64,000 nt of DNA from the human T2T-CHM13v2.0 reference genome, Homo sapiens. The stretch is from the NCBI RefSeq assembly GCF_009914755.1, contig NC_060930.1; one strand, given 5' to 3'. The notes beneath the pieces are model-generated. The model saw only the letters and a list, made by a program, of their open reading frames with translations. It did not search any database and was not told the DNA's origin. The translations under genes were made by a program, and so were the position numbers. Shown one piece after another: positions 51,130 through 64,000 of the stretch. Numbering within the stretch: the first letter of the stretch is position 1; the number at the start of each line of letters is the position of its first letter.

Positions 51130-51630
51130 TGTGGCTGACACTCCTTCATCCCCCTTCTTCGGAGCAGAATCCTGATTTTGTGAAGCTATCTATCCTCCTG
51201 TCTGCCTGTGTGTCAGGGAAGACCCCAGCTCAGAGGGCTGATCCTGAGAGGTCTAAGCCGATGGTGGCTTTCTCCTCTCCCTCTGCCAGTGGCTGATCTA
51301 GGCATGGGTCCATGATGAGCAAACTCCAGCCTGACACCTGAGAGGAGCGCTGCTGGGGGCTTCTGGGAAAGTTTACTGTCTCAGACAGAGCTTGTTTGTG
51401 GCTCCATGATGCCTGGGTTGCTGCAGCCCAACTTGCCACCAGCCTGGTATAAAGCCCTCACAGGGGTGGCTGGGCAGGAAGAAGCTGGTCCGTTCTGACA
51501 TAATCGAACCACTGAATTAACCAAATCCAGAGACCCACCCGAGCCTCTTGTGATGGGAGAGAACCCATTTCCTTATTAGATAAACCTATTTGAGACAGAG
51601 TTTTCTCAAGGCATCTCAACTGATACAGAT
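51130..51630 (+). mobile_element. MaLR LTR (MLT1J/K-like)
   Basis: AGAATCCTGATTTTGT...CTAGGCATGGGTCCATGATG...GGGGCTTCTGGGAAAG...TTTCCTTATT. Confidence 0.6.
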
Positions 51631-52039
51631 TGTTCAGTGAAATCAAGCCAAGAAGGGAGACTGAGGCTCCATAAAATCCAGTTTGAGTCACTGGTCCACT
51701 AGCTTTCCTGTTTGCACCAAGCGTCAACAGGAGGAATGAATGCCAGATACATTGGAACACAACACGTCTGTTTAAAAAGGGGCCACAGAATACATACACT
51801 AATAAACTTGGATTAAATTGGTCACTGTTTGAATGACTTTCTGTTCCTGGATCTTTTTCTGCTCAAGAATCAAATTTCTCAACTTGCTCTCCCTCCTTTA
51901 AAGCCCCTTTAAAGAAAATGGAAATGATTCTTAACAGCTGTTGGAGGTGGAACACATGCCACATGCATCCAGGGAAGCATTTCGCCCTCATCTCAACCTC
52001 AGCCAGAGAAACAGCTATGAGGAATTCTCCCCTAGCCTT

Positions 52040-52155
52040 AGCTTCTGACATTCTGACTCAGCAAGGCTGGTCTGGGGCCTGGAATCTATATTTTTAACAA
52101 CTTCCCAGGTGATACTGAGGTGGGTAATCCAGGGACCTTGCTTTGGGGAACGTTG
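52040..52155. mobile_element. MER5-family fragment
   Basis: TTCTGACTCAGCAAGG...GGGCCTGGAATCTATATTTTTAACAACTTCCCAGGTGATACTGA. Confidence 0.65.
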
Positions 52156-54369
52156 ATCTGACGCACCCAGCACCAATACGAGCTTTCTCCAGAGTGGCCT
52201 GTGGCAGAGGAAAGAAGGAGCACTGAAGTCATGATCTGCCGGCCCTGAGCCTCTGCATCTCAGTTTCTTCGCATGGAAAACAGGACTAACAACACTCAGT
52301 CCCCACTGCTGTCATGAGGATGGAACACTCAAGGAGAACTGCACAGTGTGGCTCAGCCTCACGCTTTGTTTGCTTATCAGTTTTGATTCTGCAGGGCTCT
52401 TCAGGACCACAGCCCTGTCCCTTCTTCCAGTCTGTATCAGCATCTGATCTCTCAGGGTGGGTCTAGGTCTTCTTTAATAAATCCATCCAGCTGAGCTTTC
52501 CATCCACGAGCAAGAAGGGACGCTCCCTCCTGCTCACCTTCTGTTTGGTGCCTACCTGCAAGTCCTCCCGGGTCAGTTAAAGCTGCCCTATGTTTCTGAA
52601 CATTGCTCGCTGGAAGCCAAAGTTTCACAATAATTAAAGTTAGGAAAGGGGACTCTCCTATTTAAGGACTAGCATGCCAGCCTCTTCCCCCTTCATAGGA
52701 AAGAAGAAGGAAAGGAAGGGAATTGGCAAAAATCAACCTCCAGCTGACTCCCAGGCAATCCATTTATCCAACACTTATGCACCAGACACTGGCAAGCACT
52801 GAGTTTGTCCCCGGCCCATGTCACCTTCACCATCCTTTATCTTGTAGGAACACATTGAGAGCCAGAGTCTGCAAGAGAATGAGGCAACAGTTGACTTTTC
52901 TTCAACCTGAATTTCACCTTCTCCTCCCTTCCTGTGATCCCTCTCTTCTGCAGATTCCAGGCACCAGGTGAGTGCCCTGGTGCTGTCTCTGGTTGCACAG
53001 AGGCCAGTTTGGGACTTCACCCTGTCTTGCCCTTCCTCGAGGGACCTGTGCCATGGGGGCACACTCAGAGTTAGGGATAGCCACCCAGTCTTCCCAGCCC
53101 CAGCACCCTGTGCTTTGCAGTCTGTGGTGAGATCCACCAAGGAATGTGCTGCTCAAAGAGCTGAAGACAGAACTCATTTGAAGCTTGCAAATGCCTTAGT
53201 CTTTAAAGAATTCACTAGAGCCAATGCAAGGCTGTCCCTATCCAGCCTGTGTGCTCCATCCTGGTCTCATGAGTAGACTTGGGGACAGTATCATGGGTTT
53301 GCACAAACCTTCTTCTCCTCATCTCATCTGTCATGATGCTCAAGGCAGATGGGGGAAAGAAGAGACCCCTGTGTGTGGCCCCAGTTGATGCTGCTTGGCC
53401 TGCATTTCTCTCTAGTCTCCAAGACAGGGAGGAAAATAATTTTTGTCCTAGTGAAAATTCTCTGTGTAGAGAGAATCCCTACATTGCTCCTAGCCTCCTC
53501 CTCCCCAGGCAACCTATGTTCTCAGCCTGTCTGGGACAGCATGATCCCCTATCCCTGTGATCTCCCTTGTGCCCTTCCTGTTCCTCTTTGATATCTTCAG
53601 GTTTTGGTCATGTTCAAAACTGGACACTGTGGATAAATAGGGTCTAATTAATGCCCAAAGGAACAGGATGACTTCCAACCAATGGCTTGGCACAATACGA
53701 TTCTTCTAATATGTCTTGGGATTCAGCTGATCTATGAACACAGAGCCCAATTAAAACCCTCTGTAGCTGCAGCAAACATGCCAGGAAAGGAGCTAGTCAC
53801 AGATCCTGGAGCTCTGGGGAATTTCTTCTAGATACAGAGCTTTGGGGAGCAGGCTAGAGGAAGCCACTGAGGCCCACACGCAGCCTCTGCTCCTGGGAGA
53901 GCCCTGAAGGGCCATGAGATGCACTCAAGGAGATGATACTATGGTCACCCAAGGCTCCAGCCCAGGCTGACCCCCATGGCCTCCTTGGCACACTCCATTC
54001 CCAGCCACATCAGGGCAGTCCCCATCCTCAGAGAAGGCTACACAACTTGACAGTTTCTGTGCCTGGGTCTGTGCTAGCCCTTTAGCCTGGGGTGCCACCC
54101 ACTCCACCTTCCAATGATTAAACCCCTCTTTCCCTTCAAGGTACTGTAAATGCTCCTTTTCTGATGCCCCTGGGGCTTCTCCCATTGCAGTGCTATAGCA
54201 TGTTACTTGCATGTTGCTGACTAAATCCCGATCCTGGTTTGGGATTCAGTAGTAGTTTCCACGACCCTCTCTCCCACTGAACAACTTTGCCACTCTCCTC
54301 AAGGGGAGGGAATCTTCATTTACGAATTGCCTGGAGCACAGAAGTCACGGTACCAGTTGTTTTGCATAA

Positions 54370-54510
54370 GAATTCCATTTAATCCTCATTGCTCGCTTCA
54401 TTAGGCAGGTATTGATATACCCATTTTACAGAAGAGCTTCACCAAGTAAAGGCAGAGGGCTAGAATTAAGATTTAAACTTGAGTCTGACTCCAAAGCCCA
54501 TGCTCTTGCA
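54370..54510 (-). mobile_element. MIR
   Basis: CATTTAATCCTC...CCCATTTTACAGA...GTCTGACTCCAAAGCCCATGCTCTT. Confidence 0.65.
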
Positions 54511-57500
54511 ATGACCATGTTATGAATCTTATATTAATCTTTGTTTGGTCTTATGATCTGGCACGGTGCCTTGTACGTAAGCAATTCTCAATAAATGTTT
54601 GCAGAGTGCAATGTGTCATCTCAGAGTGTTGAAGGAAAGCAAACCAGCGTCTCAAGTAATTTAGACTTTGGCATAACTTTCTGAAAGGGACACTTACCCC
54701 TTAAAAGATGAATATTAAAAGAAATAATAAATGAATCTGGAATTAGTAGAAGGCAAAGATGTTTCCTGGCACCCCTCTCTGTCTTTTTCCTGCCACCTTT
54801 AATCTACATCAGAAAAACTGGGTCCAGCTGGTCAGAAAGGAATAGTCTTCATGGCCGTCGCAGGTGACAGTGTCCCGCCCTACCTTTGCGGGAGCCCCGC
54901 CTGGGGTTATGTCTGACATGTCCTTCTTCAGGATTCTCCACTGAGTGTGTTTCAGGCTCTCATTCTGGCAGAATGTAAGACCAGGATCTCCACCCCAGAT
55001 GGAGACAGGTGTCCCCCTTCCCTCTGCTACCCAAAGGAGCTGAGCTCCTTGCAATGGGAAGACTGAGTTCCTTCCCCCGGCCTCAGCACTGGCACACACC
55101 CAGCAGCCTCTTCCCAGAGCGCATCTCCTTCTGTGGGAGCAGGATGGCTACAGAAGGTCACCGCCTATTTGTAGCTGCTCCGTTTCCAACCAGAGACGCC
55201 TGCCAGCTGCCGCCGACCACCCCGCCGACCCTGTTTCTGTATGTCATATGGTGGCTGGGAGCCACGGGCCCTCTCCAAGTCCATCCACTTAGGATTTCCT
55301 CCTCCGTCAAACTCAGAGGCTTTGCCCAACTGCATGGGTGTCACGTGGAGGGAGCAAGTGTCACCTCCAGGCTCCCCCAAGGACTCCGCACGTCCTGTAA
55401 GCATCCTCCAACTAACCCATTGCAGAGAGTCCTTAACTCCAGTTACTTTCCCCAGAGCCGCTCTGCAGATGCAAAGGGCTCGTGCTTTCATTTGTTCATT
55501 CATTCATTCAGCCATTCCTGATGTTTACTCATTCACTGCCAATCCCACACGCCTCTATGCTGCTCTCTTCCACAAGCATTTGGCTCTTCATTTCAGAATT
55601 TCCGCTGAGTCATAGCTGGAGCAGGCAGTGAGGGTGTCCCTTCAGCTCTCTAAATTTACCTCCCTGAGCTTGATTTCCCATAGTGGCCAGTTGACCTTGA
55701 CCAGATTGACTTCAGAGAAGCCAGCTGTAATTAAGCAGAGGCAGAAATCTCCAAGGAGGAAGGTGCCTCAGGTCGGATGCGTCCCTCCGGTCCTGTGGCC
55801 AGAGCAGTTGCCCTCAGTGTGTGTCTCCTCCCGTCCTGGCACTGCCCATGGCAGGGCTCTTAGTACATGCCTGGCCCTGCAGCCGCATGGAGGCGTGACA
55901 TGTGACCATGACTTTCGGCTGGAGGTGGGGGTCATGTGCACGTGGCCTGGGGCTTAGCTCTCACCCTGCTACTCACTCAGAATTCTCCTCTGGGTTTGGA
56001 GGTCTGTGAGCAAGATGAAAAAACACAGAATTCTGTTATTCTGTTCCTCGTAGTGTAAGCATTCTTTTTCTTGGGTTCTTTTTTAGGAACAGAACAAAAT
56101 TAAAAGTAAAGGGAGCCAAAAGCAGCAACACCCAGGGCTGAAGCGTAGGACTGAAGGAACACATTTAGAAACACGTGTGACCATCGCTGCCATGGCTGTG
56201 TGACTATAGGCCAGTTGTTTAACTTCTCTGGGCTTTGTGCTGCTCATGAGACCCAAGGTCGCTGTTGTAAGACATCTGTGTGCATGTGTGTGTGCGTGTG
56301 CATATCCCTTGATCGTTCTATTTTTCTGTGTCTGCTTACTCTAGCAATAGAGAGAGCACCCAAAATGCTAAATAACACCAAAGGCCACAAAATGGATGGC
56401 ACGGTGGCATTGCACTCGAGGAGCCCGGGTTGCTATTATTTTCTGTTTTTCCAGAATGTTAACAGGAAACACAGAGTTCTATTGTGAGGCAAACCTTCTC
56501 CTTTTCCAATGGGGCAAATGTTCCAGGCACACACCCAGCTGAACAACATCGACATTCTTGCCTTTGGTCATTGAGATGCTGGCACCTTTTGGAAAACTTG
56601 CCAGAAGTTTTTCTCTTGCTGCTCCACAGCGTAGGGGAAGAAGAGGTGGCTGGGTTTTGTTACTCAGCCATCAACAAAAATGAAGAAAATGGGGGAGTCT
56701 TCCCAAATAAATGACTCCTGCTTTCCAGGGAGACACATTATTGGAGATAAATACACTAAATTTTGCTGTTTGACTGTCTCCATCTGAATCCATGTACCAG
56801 GAATATGACAAAGTCAAGGCAGGTGTATGTAGAATAAAAAACATAAACGGGGGAAGCTGAAACGTTAGAATATGCATAGTGGATATCCTGTGTTAAGTCA
56901 AGTTTGCTTCTGAATGCCAACAAGCAGGACAACAGTATGGTAAATACAGAACTTGCCAAGAAGCACAATGTGTCCCACAGATACTATTTCATTCTTCACA
57001 GACCAGTGAGTCCTCAGCTGAGGGTGGGGACAAGGAGGGCAGCACGTGACAGTCCCTTGGAAGTTTTTCAAATCCCATACACACACTCATGCTTCTCCTT
57101 CCCACCCTTCTGTAGAGATTTCAGCATGCCGCCCCCTTTGAGAAGTGCTGTGCTTTTTAGGGACATTCTCCCAAAGATAGCCTGTGGTGCTTTCATGCTA
57201 TTAATGGACCAGAGCATTAAAAATGAAATTCTGCTACTTCCTGCCAATCAAATTCTTCCCCGAGCCAAAACCCCAGCCCAGGTGATGGAGTCTTAGCATA
57301 ACTCTCAAGGCTCACCAGTCTTTATGAACTTGATCCTTTTCATTTAGTTAAAAGAAATCATTTAAGCTTACAGCCAACTTTAAGTCATTGATAGTGATGG
57401 GAGACCAGAAGGTTATGGATAATTGATATCCACTGATAATCCCCAAGCCTCATTTGGATCAGTAGTTTCAACTCTCCCTCCCTGAAAGCTCTTATTGGAG

Positions 57501-57991
57501 CTGCTTATAATGCAGCTACCCTCACTGGTTTGTGTTATCTCCTATCCTTGTATCATTCCATCTCCCAGCAGAAGCGGAAAGTATTGAAAAGGCCCATGGG
57601 CAGCCAGCCAGCAAAAAGAAGAAGCTGAAACATCCCACAGCAGGGAATTGCTATGTATGTAAGCCCCATTTCAAGAACAACTAATACAGAAAAATCCAAA
57701 TCTTAAAACCTACAAATTAGTGCACGAGTACTACAACTGATGTGCCTTACAAACAGATTTTTACTTAATAAACAGACTCTGTGAGATCTTTGGCCAATGG
57801 TTATTCCTTTGTATGGCTTCTTGAAATTCCCTGAGAAATTAAAGAAAGTGATGGACCCCTTTTCCAGAAAATTGTATTCACACATACAGACATAAAATTT
57901 TGCTTATAATTTCAAGGGTTTCACAGAACTACCAAGCAGCTTATAGATATAATGCAATATATTGAACCTAATGCAAACAATAAATAGATGT

Positions 57992-58113
57992 AGCCAGGCA
58001 TGGTGTTTCATACCTGTAGACCCAGCTAATTGGGAGGCCGAGGCAGGAGAATCACTTGAGCCCAGGAGTTCAAGACCAGCCTGGGCAAGATAGTGAGACC
58101 CCATCTCAAAAAA
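57992..58113 (+). mobile_element. Free Alu monomer (FLAM-like)
   Basis: Single arm ending GAGCCCAGGAGTTCAAGACCAGCCTGGGCAAGATAGTGAGACCCCATCTCAAAAAA. Confidence 0.85.
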
Positions 58114-59670
58114 TCAATTATTTATTAATTAAGAAAAGAAATGTAATTCCTTTCTTCTATTAGATTACGACCTATAAGAAAGAATAGTAAACACTACAAA
58201 TCTGACTATATTATGGGTTATAATGAAAGACATACAATGCACCAATATGATGTATACATAATTTAATTATATATATTTTATCAGGCAGAGTGGACAAGCC
58301 TTAACCAAACCTGTCTCAGTTACTCTAAAGACTACACTCTAGGTGGAGCCAAGATAGCCGACTAGAAACAGCGGCAATCAAAGGCTCCTATGAAAAAGAA
58401 CCATAATTGGTGCGTAAATCCTTCATGGGCAACCAAGCTACCCAGGTTCTCTCATCAGGACTGACTTAGGCACCTGATGTGATCCATGATAAGGAAGGAA
58501 GAGCAGTGGAGTGTGGCAGCCACCTAAGAGCCACACGGGGCAGGGGAGTTCCACCCCCAGCAAAGGGAGGCGGTGAGTGAGCGTGCTACCCAGCCGGGGA
58601 AACCGTGCTTTTTACACAGAACTGTGCAACCTACGGATTGGAAGATCCCACTGGCAAACCCATGCCACCGGGGCCTAGGGTCCCAAACTTGGAGCCGCGC
58701 ACATTCTCAACAGCCCCTCAGCTGGAATCTGCTTAAGCCTGCCAAGCTTCCGGGGGGAGGGGTGACCAACACCACAGCTGCAGCTGCCTGCTGCCTAAGC
58801 CATTTGAGCTCCTTGGGGTAGAGGCAGCAGCCAGCACTGGGACTCATAACTGCCTAACACACTAAGCTCCCTGAGCGGGGGAAGGGCAGAAGCCATTTCT
58901 ATAGTTCCAGGCCGCACTTTTCTCCTGCTGGAGTCAGGGAGGCACCACGGCTTGGTCCCCAAGAGGTGTCCCCCACAGCCCAACACACCAGCTGTGGCAG
59001 ACTGTGGCCAGAGCGCCTCTTCAGGCCTGACACTGACACATCCTTCCTCACTGGGCAGGGCTTCCCTGCAGGAACTCCAACAACTGCAGCCAGAGGCTCA
59101 GGGACAGAACCGAGATCTCCCTGGGCCTGAGCCCCTAATGGGAGGGGTGGCCGCACCTCCATTACTAGGAGGAAAGGAAGATTTAGCCTTTCCTCCTGGT
59201 AGTTCTGAGGAATCTGGACAGCCCAGATGAATGGGTTTCCCCAAAGCGAAGCACACTCCCTCCACCAAGGGACAGTCAAAATGCTTCATTAAACCAGTCC
59301 TGTTCCCTGTGCCACCCAACTGGGTGAGACCCTCCAACCGGGGTTGTCAGAGAGCCTGTACAGAAGTGATATTACTGGCATCAGGTTAGTGCCCCTCAAG
59401 GTGAGAGGTCCCAGAAGAAGAAGCAGGGACTCATCTTTGCTGTTCTCCAGCCTCCTTGAGTGATATCTGTAGGCATGGGAGCGAACCAGATGAGTAGGGT
59501 CTGAAGTGAACCCCCCAGCAAACAGCAGCAGCCCTTTAGAAGAGGGATCTGACTATTGAAAGAAAAACAAACAAACAGAAAGCAACAACATCATCAACAA
59601 CAAGAAGTCCCCACAAAAACCCCATCCAAAGATCAGCATCCTCAAAGAGCAAAACTAGACAAATATGCAG

Positions 59671-60696
59671 ATGAGAAAGAATCAATGAAAAAACACTGAA
59701 AAACCCAAAAGGCCAGGGTGCCTCTTCTCTTAAATGATTGCAACTCCTCTCCAGCAAGGGTACAGAACTGGACAGAGGATGAGATGGATGAATTGACAGA
59801 AGTAGGCTGCAGGAGATGGGCAACAAAAAACTCTGCTGAGCTAAAGAAGCATGATCTAACCCAATGCAAAGAAGCTAAGAACCTTGATAAAAGGTCAGAA
59901 GAGCTGCTAACTAGAATAATCAGTTTAGAGAGGAAGATAAATTACCTGATTGAGCTGAAAAACACAGCACGAGAACTTTGTGAGACATACACAAGTATCA
60001 ATAGCCAAATCAACCAAGGGGAAGAAAGGATATCAGAGTTTGAAGACCACCTTGCTGAAAGAAGACATGCAGACAAGATTACGGAGAAAAGAATGCAAAG
60101 GAATGAACAAAGCCTCCAAGAAATATGGGACTTTGTAAAAAGACTGAACCTATGATTGACTGGAGTACCTGAAGGAGATGGGGAGAATGGAAACAAGCTG
60201 GAAAACACACTTCAGGATATTATCCAGGAGAACTTCCCCAACCTAGCAAGACAAGCCAACATGCAAATTCAGGAAATACAGAGAACACCACAAAGATACT
60301 CCATGAGAAGACCAATTCCAAGACACATAATCATCAGATTGTCCAAGGTCAAAATGAAGGAAAAAATGTTAAGGGCAGCCAGAGAGAAAGGACAGATCTC
60401 CTACAAAGGGAAGCCCATCAGACTAACAGCAAACTTCTCAACAGAAACTCTGCAAGCCAGAAGAGAGTGGGAGCCAAAATTCAACATCATTAACGAAAAG
60501 AATTTTCAACCCAGAATTTCATATCCAGCCAAACTAAGCCTCATAAGTGAAGGAGAAATAAAATCCTTTCTAGACAAGCAAATGCTGAGGAATTTCATTG
60601 CCACCAGGCGTGCCTTGTGAGAGCTCCTGAAAGCAGCACTAAATATGGAAAGGAAAAACCAGTACCAGCCACTGCAAAAACACACCAAAAAAATAA
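59671..60696 (+). pseudogene. L1 ORF1p relic (disrupted)
   Basis: EQSLQEIWDFVKRLNL*; GVPEGDGENGNKLENTLQDIIQENFPNLARQANMQIQEIQRTP; FQPRISYPAKLS. Confidence 0.9.
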
Positions 60697-60756
60697 AGAC
60701 CAATGACACTATGAAGAAACTGCATCAACTAGTATGCAAAATAACCAGCTAGCATC

Positions 60757-61438
60757 ATGATGACTGGATCAAATTCACACATAACAATACTAACCTTAAA
60801 TGTAAATGAGCTAAATGCCCCATTTAAAAGACACAGACTGGCAAATTGGATGAGTCAAGATCCATTGGTGTGCTGTATTCAGGAGATCTATCTCACATGC
60901 AAAAACACACATAGGCTCAAAATAAAGGGAAATGAAAGCGAATGAAAGCAAAAAAGGGAAGTGAAAGCATACCAAGTAAATGAAAGCAAAATAAAGCAGG
61001 GGTTGCAATCCTAGTCTCTGACAAAACAGACTTTAAACCAACAAAGATCAGAAAAGACAAAGAAGGGCATTACATAATGGTAAAGGAAACAATTCAACAA
61101 GAAGAGCCAACTATTCTAAATATATATGCACCCAATACAGGAGCACCCAGATTCATAAAACAAGTGCTTAGAGACCTACAAAAAGTCTTAGACTCCCACA
61201 CAATAATAGTGGGGGACATTAACACCCCACTGTCAATATTAGACAGAATGAGACAGAAAATTAACAAGGATATCCAGGACTTGAACTCAGTTCTGGACCA
61301 AGCAGACCTAATAGACATCTGCAGAACTCTCCACCCCAAATCAACAGAATATACATTCTTCTCAGTGCCACATGGCACTTATTCTAAAATCAACCACATA
61401 ATTGGAAGTAAAACACTCCTTGAGCAAGACTCCATCTC

Positions 61439-61469
<31 letters not shown>

Positions 61470-64000
61470 CCACTCCTCAGCAAATGCAAAAGCCCTGCAA
61501 TCATAACGAACAGTCTCTCAGACCACGGTGCAATCAAATGAGGACACAGGATTAAGAAACTCACTCAAAACCACACAATTACATGGAAATTGAACAACCT
61601 GCTCCTGAATGACTACTGGGTAAATAATGAAATTAAGGCAGAAATCAAGAAGTTCTTTGAAACCAATGAGAACGAAGAGACAACATACTACAATCTCTGG
61701 AACACAGCTAAAGCAGTGTTAAGAGGGAAATTTATAGCACTAAATGCCCATGTTAGAAAGCTAGAAAGATCTCAAATTGACACCCTAACATCACAATTAA
61801 AAGAGCTAGAGAGGCAAGAGCAAACTAATCCAAAAGCTAGCGGAAGACAAGAAATAACTAAGATCAGAGCAGAACTGAAGCAAATAGAGACACAAAAACA
61901 CCTCCAAAAAAATCAATAAATCCAGGAGCTGATTTTCTGATAAAATTAACAAAATAAGTAGACCAATAGCTAGACTAATAAAGAAGAAAAGAGAGAAGAA
62001 TCAAATAGACACAATAAAAAATGATAAAGGAGATATCACCACTGACCCCACAGAAATATAAACTACCATCAGTAAATACTATAAACACTTCTATGCAAAT
62101 AAACTAGAAAATCTAGAAAAAATTGATAATTTCCTGGACACATACACCCTTCCAAGACTAAACCAGGAAGAAGTTGAATCACTGAATACACCAATAACAA
62201 GTTCTGAAATTGAGGCAGTAATTAATAGCCTACCAACAACAACAGCAAAAAAGCCCAGAACCAGACAGATCCACAGCCAAATTCTACCACAGGTACAAAG
62301 AGGAGCTGGTACCATTCCTTCTGAAACTATTCCAAACAATTGAAAAGGAGGGACTCCTCCCTAACTCATTTTATGAAACCAATATCATCCTGATACCAAA
62401 ATCAGGCAGAAACACAACAAAAAAAGAAAACTTCAGGCCAGTATCCCTGATGAACATCAATGTGAAAATCCTCAATAAAATACTGGAAAGCTGAATCCAG
62501 TAGCACATCAAAAAACGTATCCACCATAATTAAATTGGCTTCATCCCCGGGATGCAAGGCTGGTTCAACACACACAAATCAGTAAACGTAATCCATCACA
62601 TAAACAGAACCAATGACAAAAACTAAATGATTATCTCAATAGATGCAGAAAAGGCCTTTGATAAAATTCAACAACCCTTCATGTTAAAAACTCTCAATAA
62701 ACTAGGTATGGATGGAACATATCTCAAAATAATAAGAGCTATTTATGACAAACCCACAGCAAATATCATATTGAATGGGCAAAAGCTGGAAGCATTCCCT
62801 TTGAAAACTGGTACAAGACAAGGATGCCCTCTCTCACCACTCCTATTCAACATAGTATTGGAAGTTCTGGCTAGGGCAGTCAGACAAGAGAAAGAAAGGA
62901 AGGGTATTCAAACAGGAAGAGAGGAAGTCAAATTGTCTGTGTTTGCAGGTGACATGGTTTTATATTTAGAAACCCTATCATCTCAGCCCAAAAACTCCTT
63001 AAGCTGATAAGCAACTTCAGCAAAGTCTCAGGATACAAAACTAATGTGCAAAAATCACAAGCATTCCTTTACACCAACAATAGACAAGCAGAGAGCCAAA
63101 TCATGAATGAACTCCCATTCACAATCGCTACAAAGAGAATAAAATACCTAGGAATACAGCTAACAAGGCATGTGAAGGACCTCTTCAAGGAGAACTACAA
63201 ACCACTGCTCAAGGAAATAAGAGAGGATGAACAAATGGGAAAACATTTCATCCTCATGGATAGGAAGAATCAGTATGATGAAAATGGCCATACTGCCCAA
63301 AGTAATTTATAGATTCAATGCTATTCCCATCAAACTACCATTGACATTCTTCACAGCATTAGAAAAAAACAACTTTAAATATCATGTGGAATCAAAGGAG
63401 ACCCCGTATAGCCAAGACAATCCTAAGGAAAAAGAACAAAGCTGGAGGCATCACGCTACCTGACTTTGAACTGTAATACAAGACCACAGTAGCAAAAACA
63501 GCATGGTACTGGTACCAACAGACATATAGACCAATGGAACAGAACAGAGACCTCAGAAATAACACCACACATTTACAACCATCTGATCTTCAACAAACCA
63601 GGCAAAAACAAGCAATGGGGAAAGGATCTCCTATTCGATAAATGGTGCTGGGAAAACTGGCTAGCCATATACAGAAAACTGAAACTGGACCTCTTCCTTA
63701 CACCTTATACAAAAGTTAACTCAAGATGGATTAAAGACTTAAATGGAAAACCCAAAGCCATGAAAACCCTAGAAGAAAACCTAAGCAATACCATTCAGGA
63801 CATAGGCATGGGCAAAGACTTCATGACAAAAACACCAAAAGCAATTGCAACAAAAGCCAAAATTGACAAATGGGATCTAATTAAACTAAAGAGCTTTTGC
63901 ACAGCAAAAGAAACTATAATCAGAGTGAAAAGGCAACCTACAGAATGGGAGAAAATGTTTGCAATCTGCCCATTTGACAAAGGCCTAGCATTCAAAATTT
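60757..64000 (+). pseudogene. L1 ORF2p (EN/RT) relic (disrupted)
   Basis: MTGSNSHITILTLNVN; ILNIYAPNTGAPRFIKQVL; [12 protein letters not shown]; [21 protein letters not shown]; FAGDM in place of FADD. Confidence 0.93.
61421..61465 (+). mobile_element. Extremely 5'-truncated Alu inside L1 ORF2
   Basis: GAGCAAGACTCCATCTC plus A/(GAAAA)n tail, flanked by TSD AAAACACTCCT / AAAACCACTCCT. Confidence 0.85.

Larger units (their letters stand above)
58341..64000 (+). mobile_element. Near full-length older primate L1 (L1PA8-like), runs off window
   Basis: 5' start GGTGGAGCCAAGATAGCCGACTAGAA, ~1.3-kb 5'UTR, ORF1 and ORF2 relics. Confidence 0.93.

Noticed and set aside
54904-54923. Second p53 site (GGGTTATGTCTGACATGTCC)
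   Set aside because: Only one good half-site; the partner lacks the core C and is out of register
58341-64000. Active full-length L1
   Set aside because: ORF1 and ORF2 are broken by stops and frameshifts, the RT motif reads FAGD, and an Alu remnant sits in the endonuclease

Overview
Primate (human-like) genomic DNA with no recognisable protein-coding exons; the short ORFs in the track are repeat-derived or random. Much of the window is interspersed repeat: Alus, young and old L1s, MIR/L2, MLT/LTR16 LTRs and hAT/MuDR DNA-transposon relics. Two large elements dominate. One is a defective HERV-I/IP10-like (LTR10) provirus at ~36874-42645. The other is a near full-length older L1PA from 58341 running off the end. 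The provirus is the most interesting part: its 5' LTR carries a two-half-site p53-type element, a ~440 bp non-viral sequence replaces the gag-NC/protease junction (possible captured host RNA), most of pol is deleted, and the 3' LTR is missing. Downstream on the same strand lie several well-formed non-coding exon candidates, suggesting a possible LTR-driven spliced lncRNA. Subfamily names and repeat boundaries were assigned by eye and are approximate.
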